Of a DNA stretch of 64,000 nt, positions 59,301-64,000 are shown one piece after another. This DNA comes from Macrostomum lignano (taxonomy: Eukaryota), in contig NIVC01000633.1 of NCBI GenBank assembly GCA_002269645.1, positions 330,394-394,393 of the forward strand. The letters run 5' to 3'. How positions within the stretch are numbered: the stretch's first letter is position 1; every line of letters starts with the position of its first letter. Made by a program: the position numbers and the translations under genes. The notes beneath the pieces were generated by a model, which saw nothing but the letters and a program-made list of their open reading frames with translations, was not told where the DNA came from and ran no database searches.

Positions 59301-62300
59301 TGGTCGCTAATGCATTTTCTAATGCCTCAGGTCTTTCAGTCTCACAGAGAGTTTCGCGAATGGTTTGCCAACCCCCTCACCGGCATGGTGGAGGGCACAC
59401 AGGAGTACAGCGACCAGCTGGTACGGCGACTTCACAAGGTGAGATAATTGGCTTGCTTGGACTTTTTTCTAGACAAGAAAACGATTAGAAACGCTGAACC
59501 GGTTGAATTCAAACGAGATCATCAATCACTCGGTCAGGGCCTTCTTGTACCAGAATCGAGCTAAGTATAAGTATTGCAATATCTACTGATCTGAAAACTA
59601 TATAGGACTATCATTTTACTTTCAAAACAGGTGTTGAGGCCTTTCCTTCTTCGACGTTTAAAAAAGGACGTCGAGAAGCAGATGCCAAAGAAATACGAAC
59701 ACGTCGTCATGTGCCGACTGTCCAAGCGTCAGCGGTACCTGTACGACGACTTCATGTCGCGTGCGTCAACCAAGGAGACTCTGGCTAGCGGCCATTTCAT
59801 GAGCGTCATCAATGTGCTAATGCAGCTGCGCAAGGTCTGCAACCACCCGAATCTGTTCGAGGAGCGGCCCACTGTGTCGCCGCTGCGTGTTGACCCAATT
59901 CGCATTGACATGCCCGGCGATGTTCTCCGACTGCGAGACTACGATCCTATGCGCCAAGTTCTGCTGGAGACTCTGTGGCCAAACATGTGCGAGATGGAGC
60001 GCGACCTGCCCAGCTTCGTTGCCAGCCGGGTGGAGCAGCTTCGACCGAAGCGTCCGCTAATTCAAGAGCTCGCAGACGCTGCCGCACAGGATGCCGCAAT
60101 TGGCAGTTCAGACGGCTCCTTCCCGGACTCTGTATTTAATTTTCGCGGCTTACCAGTGTCTCGCAAACCGTTTATCTCGCGAGCCACCCTCAAGGAGTCT
60201 AAGCTGGAATTGGCAAAGACAGCAGCACTGCCACCAGGTTTGTAAAGAAGTCAATTTCACAAAAATCCTTATTGGTTTTCTTCCTTTTTACATAATAAAA
60301 ACGATCATCATCCACCTTAAATGAAGAATATTTCACAACAAATATTTATATAGATTAGACATTTATTATTGGTGGATAAGAATCCGTACTTTGCAAAAAT
60401 CGCACATTATTTTTTTATTATAAAACCCGCCCTCTGAGGCTCCGACAGTCCCGATCTCGAACAGATTCCTTCCTTAGGGTTGCTTTCATAAGACCGAAAT
60501 TTCATAACGCCGAAAGACACCTGCCTACACAATACCGAAATTTCACAACGCCGAAACTACTGCATGGTCCTTCATAATCATAAGACCTAAATTTCACATC
60601 GTATAGAAAACTCGATATGCAAGATTGCAATGCCCTACATAAGAACGAAACTTCATAAGACTGAAATTTTACCTCGTAGAAAACTTAATACAACAAGGAT
60701 CATGCAGAATTTTCAGCGTTGTGAAATTTCGGTCTTATGAAGGCCAAGGGCCTTGCATATTGAGTTTTCTACAATGTGAAATGAGATGTCTCGGCGTTGT
60801 GATTGTGAACATTCCGTCTTTTGAGGCTCCCCCCTTAACCTTCCTTAAGCCCATGCAAAGGAATCTCACTAATTCATTCACACAGTCACGAACCACTCTG
60901 TCGTGTCTGCCTCTTGTGTTGTGTATGTATCTTCTTTGCTTCTTTGCTTTTGACTTGAGATTTGGGGTTCCCGCGACGCATTGAATGACTGTCTCTCTTC
61001 TCTCTCCACTGAGTGTACAACGTGTATGTACGTAAAAACACCCTGGGCCCGGGGTTTGACTTAAAATCGATATTTCTTCTAGAATTTTCTACGCCCTCCC
61101 ACCCTCCCATACCCTATTCCAGCCCTGTGCTACTCGCCTCCTCATTGGCTGACACGCCTCTATCACGCCCCTCTGGCGTGCACACCACACAACCAACCCC
61201 CCACGGGCCTCTAGGTCTTGCCCCATATGAAATCACCCGTTATATAAACTGCTCTGTCCACGACCCGAGGCCCCGCTGGTCCCTTCCCCTTTGCTTATCG
61301 TACGAATACAGTGGTGGGATTGTTCCAAATCCAAAGCATTTATCTTATGCCGTTTAGTTTGACTACTGGCTGAAGCAGATTTCAGCGCTAAATAAAGACA
61401 CTTTGTCTTCGCAAGTTTTCCCCTTCTCAAATCAATACCTGAATAAAAATGGTTAAACGAAATTTCTGTTATCATCATCAATCCATGGCGCCAGTGGTAA
61501 GTGAAGTCCAACCACTTTTCGTGTTGAATTCCAATCTAGAAGCACAATTCGAATCTAGACCGAAATTGAAAGAAATATTGACTGCTACAATTTACCCAGT
61601 ATGAATTTTAAGACCTCCGTGCAGTCACACCCTCGTTACTGAACAATTAAGTTATTGTTCTCAGTAATCGTTCTGTCGCGATTTGGCCGCACTCTGGTGT
61701 TTAGCAGTCAAAGATGATCCGGCTAAAAGTGAGAAACGTCTCTAGCAGATTTTACGAGTCGTTTTCGAACATTTAGCGACAGTTTTTTTCAAACTAACGT
61801 TTTCTATACTTAACATGACATGATTACTTGTTTCTCTTGGCTGACTAAGCTATATGCTATGCAGATTCCGAGATTTTATGATATTTTAATAGCATCCAGG
61901 AACAAAGCATTTGATCTTGTTCTCTACTAAAGGTTTCCTCCCTCTCTCCTACTTCATTTGAAGGATCTCGGCCCCAGCCTGAGAAGGTTGACACCAGGCA
62001 TCTATGCAAGAAGCTCGCCAGCAAGTATGCAATTGGTATGTAGACTTTTTCTTTTTTCTTATCAATTTTATTATAAAGCAAAACTAGAAACTTGGCCGTT
62101 TTCATTCGTGTGATTCCGACAATACGCGTATTCTCGGCATCGAATACGACAAATAGCAGCCAGTTATTTTACTGACTGTCTAATTAAACTGGCCTAACAG
62201 CAGCTGCTTTCATTATTTACGTGCTGTCGCCATTTTAACCCGACTGTGCTGGCGGTGACAGCCCCCGAGTAATGACACAATTATTGCAAATCCACCATCA

Positions 62301-64000
62301 GCAATAAATCTTTCTCATTGCTTTTGCCGCTCTTCCGTTCTTCTCAACAGAAGCTCCCGTCGATCCCAACGCCCAGCTGCCAGATGGCATTCGGCAGATT
62401 CGGCAGCAGGCGCGCCACGATCGAGTCAGCTTGCTGGACCGACTCAGCGATCGCCGATGCCAGTTCCAGCCGGTGTACGGCTGCGACCTGCTCGCCGCCG
62501 TCTCCATTTTCCGGCACCCGACAGAGCCGCACTCGGTGCTGCCCAGCTGGCGACGCGGCTGCTTGTGGACCAGCAGCACTCAGCGGACTCAGCCTCGTGC
62601 CCAGTCCTACTGTCTGATGCGCGGCCACCTACACTGCCTCAAGTCTCAGCTGAGAAAGTCCGATCCTCGCCTGCTGTTTGCCTCCACCAGCGGCCTGGAA
62701 TGCCTCGTTAATCGGCCCGAGGATCGGCTGGTTGAGCTTCGCGATGTTATTGACAGGTGCGATTCTTCTATCCCTATTGTAATGTGAAATCCGAACTTGA
62801 TTTCATTTTGAAATGATTATAAAATCCTGCAATTCAGATATTTAGCTGATGTCAAACCAAGACGATCTAAGCATGATCCCCGCTCTTGTCTACCTAAGAT
62901 AGTAGGCCTTTGATTAATCAATTTCTAGTGATTTCTTTCACCACTGCCTCATTGCAGATTTTGCTTCGCGGTGCCTCCCGTACTGGCCGGCGAGCCGTTT
63001 CTCTCCTGCCCTTGGCAGCAGCGCCAAGACGCTGTCGAGCGCGAATCTGCAATCCGCAGCCAGAGCAGCCGGTGCGACCTGTTGCACCCGATCGCCAGTC
63101 GCCAAGCGGTGCAGTTCCCAGACGGCCGGCTGATTCAGTACGACTGCGGCAAGCTGCAGAGTCTGGATCTGCTGCTGAAACGACTGAAGCCTAAGGGCCA
63201 CCGGGTGCTCATTTTCACCCAGATGGCGCGCATGCTGGACATCCTAGAGCAGTTCCTGTCGCATCACGGCCACATCTACCTGCGGCTTGACGGCACAACT
63301 CGAGTTGAGCAGCGCCAGATTCTCATGGAAAGATTCAATGCTGACAGCCGAATTTTTGTGTTCATTCTGAGCACCCGGTCTGGCGGCCTGGGCGTCAACC
63401 TCACCGGCGCCGATACTGTGGTGTTCTACGACTCCGACTGGAACCCCACCATGGATGCGCAGGCTCAGGATCGCTGCCATCGCATCGGCCAGACTAGGGA
63501 TGTTCACATTTACAGGTGAGCAGGCCTGTTGTCCTGTAATAATGTAGCCTATTTCATTTATTGCAGTCTCCCGCTTCCGAGACTTCTACCAATTAACTCA
63601 GTTGGAATTCATCGGCTGAAAAGTGACGGCTAACATTACATATTAATTGTAGCAGAGTAAATTTTCCTATTCTTGCTCCATTTCTGTAATAATTCCAGGC
63701 AATAATAGGCAGATGGCTTTGCAACAGTTGCTTTAAAAACTATTTTAGTGTCAACAGTTCTGTGCTCTGTGTATCTAAGCTAAACATAATAAGCATTGCA
63801 CATTGCTATTTTATCCAGGCTGATCAGCGAGAAGACAGTCGAAGAAAACATTCTGAAGAAAGCCAACCAGAAACGCTGGCTAAACGATGTCGCCATTGAG
63901 GGAGGCAACTTCACCGCCGCTTTCTTTCAACAGAACACCATCAAGGAGCTGTTTTCTGAACCGACTGGCCTGGATGACTTGGTTGCCAAGAAGAAGACGC
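56353..64000 (+). CDS. SRCAP: Helicase Domino / SRCAP (SWR1-type SNF2 ATPase), 5' portion; continues beyond the window
   Basis: Exons 56353-56693, 56912-57332, 57410-57550, 57831-59438, 59631-60237, 62351-62756, 62958-63515, 63819-64000+, with consistent phases. HSA domain (PKSHWDYLLEEMQWLATDF), acidic region, ILADEMGLGKT, LILDEAQ, QLRKVCNHP, split ATPase and HELICc motifs LSTRSGGLGVNLTGADTVVFYDSDWNPTMDAQAQDRCHRIGQ. Confidence 0.96.
60485..60741. repeat. Inverted-repeat element with internal direct repeats in Domino intron 5 (MITE-like)
   Basis: TTCATAAGACCGAAATTTCA(T/C)AACGC near 60485 and its reverse complement at 60716-60741; further CCGAAATTTCA / CATAAGACC copies inside. Confidence 0.55.

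Overview
Eukaryotic (animal) genomic DNA; no prokaryotic features such as CRISPR arrays or operons were seen. GC-rich exons, AT-rich intergenic blocks and introns filled with 14-57 bp minisatellites resemble the flatworm Macrostomum lignano, but the species is my inference only. Genes: an intronless rhodopsin-like GPCR (+, 5784-6791); a 7-exon NFX1/shuttle-craft gene (+, 12718-21770) with a minisatellite in every intron; a KChIP-type calcium sensor (-, 28254-29573); an orphan Q/A/P-rich ORF (-, 32918-33631); a phase-consistent 6-exon orphan gene (+, 37207-41751); and Domino/SRCAP (+, from 56353 past the window end). Mobile DNA: a candidate solo LTR, a deleted piggyBac, an R1/LOA-like RT remnant, an RTE-clade LINE with a tandem copy of its 3' end, and several MITE-like elements. 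The most interesting feature is a hAT-like DNA transposon (47485-51370) with perfect 16-bp TIRs and a 7-bp TSD. Its spliced, decayed transposase ends in a Spindlin (Spin/Ssty)-like Tudor domain, a candidate methyl-histone reader fused to a transposase. All alignments and translations were done by eye; no database searches were run.
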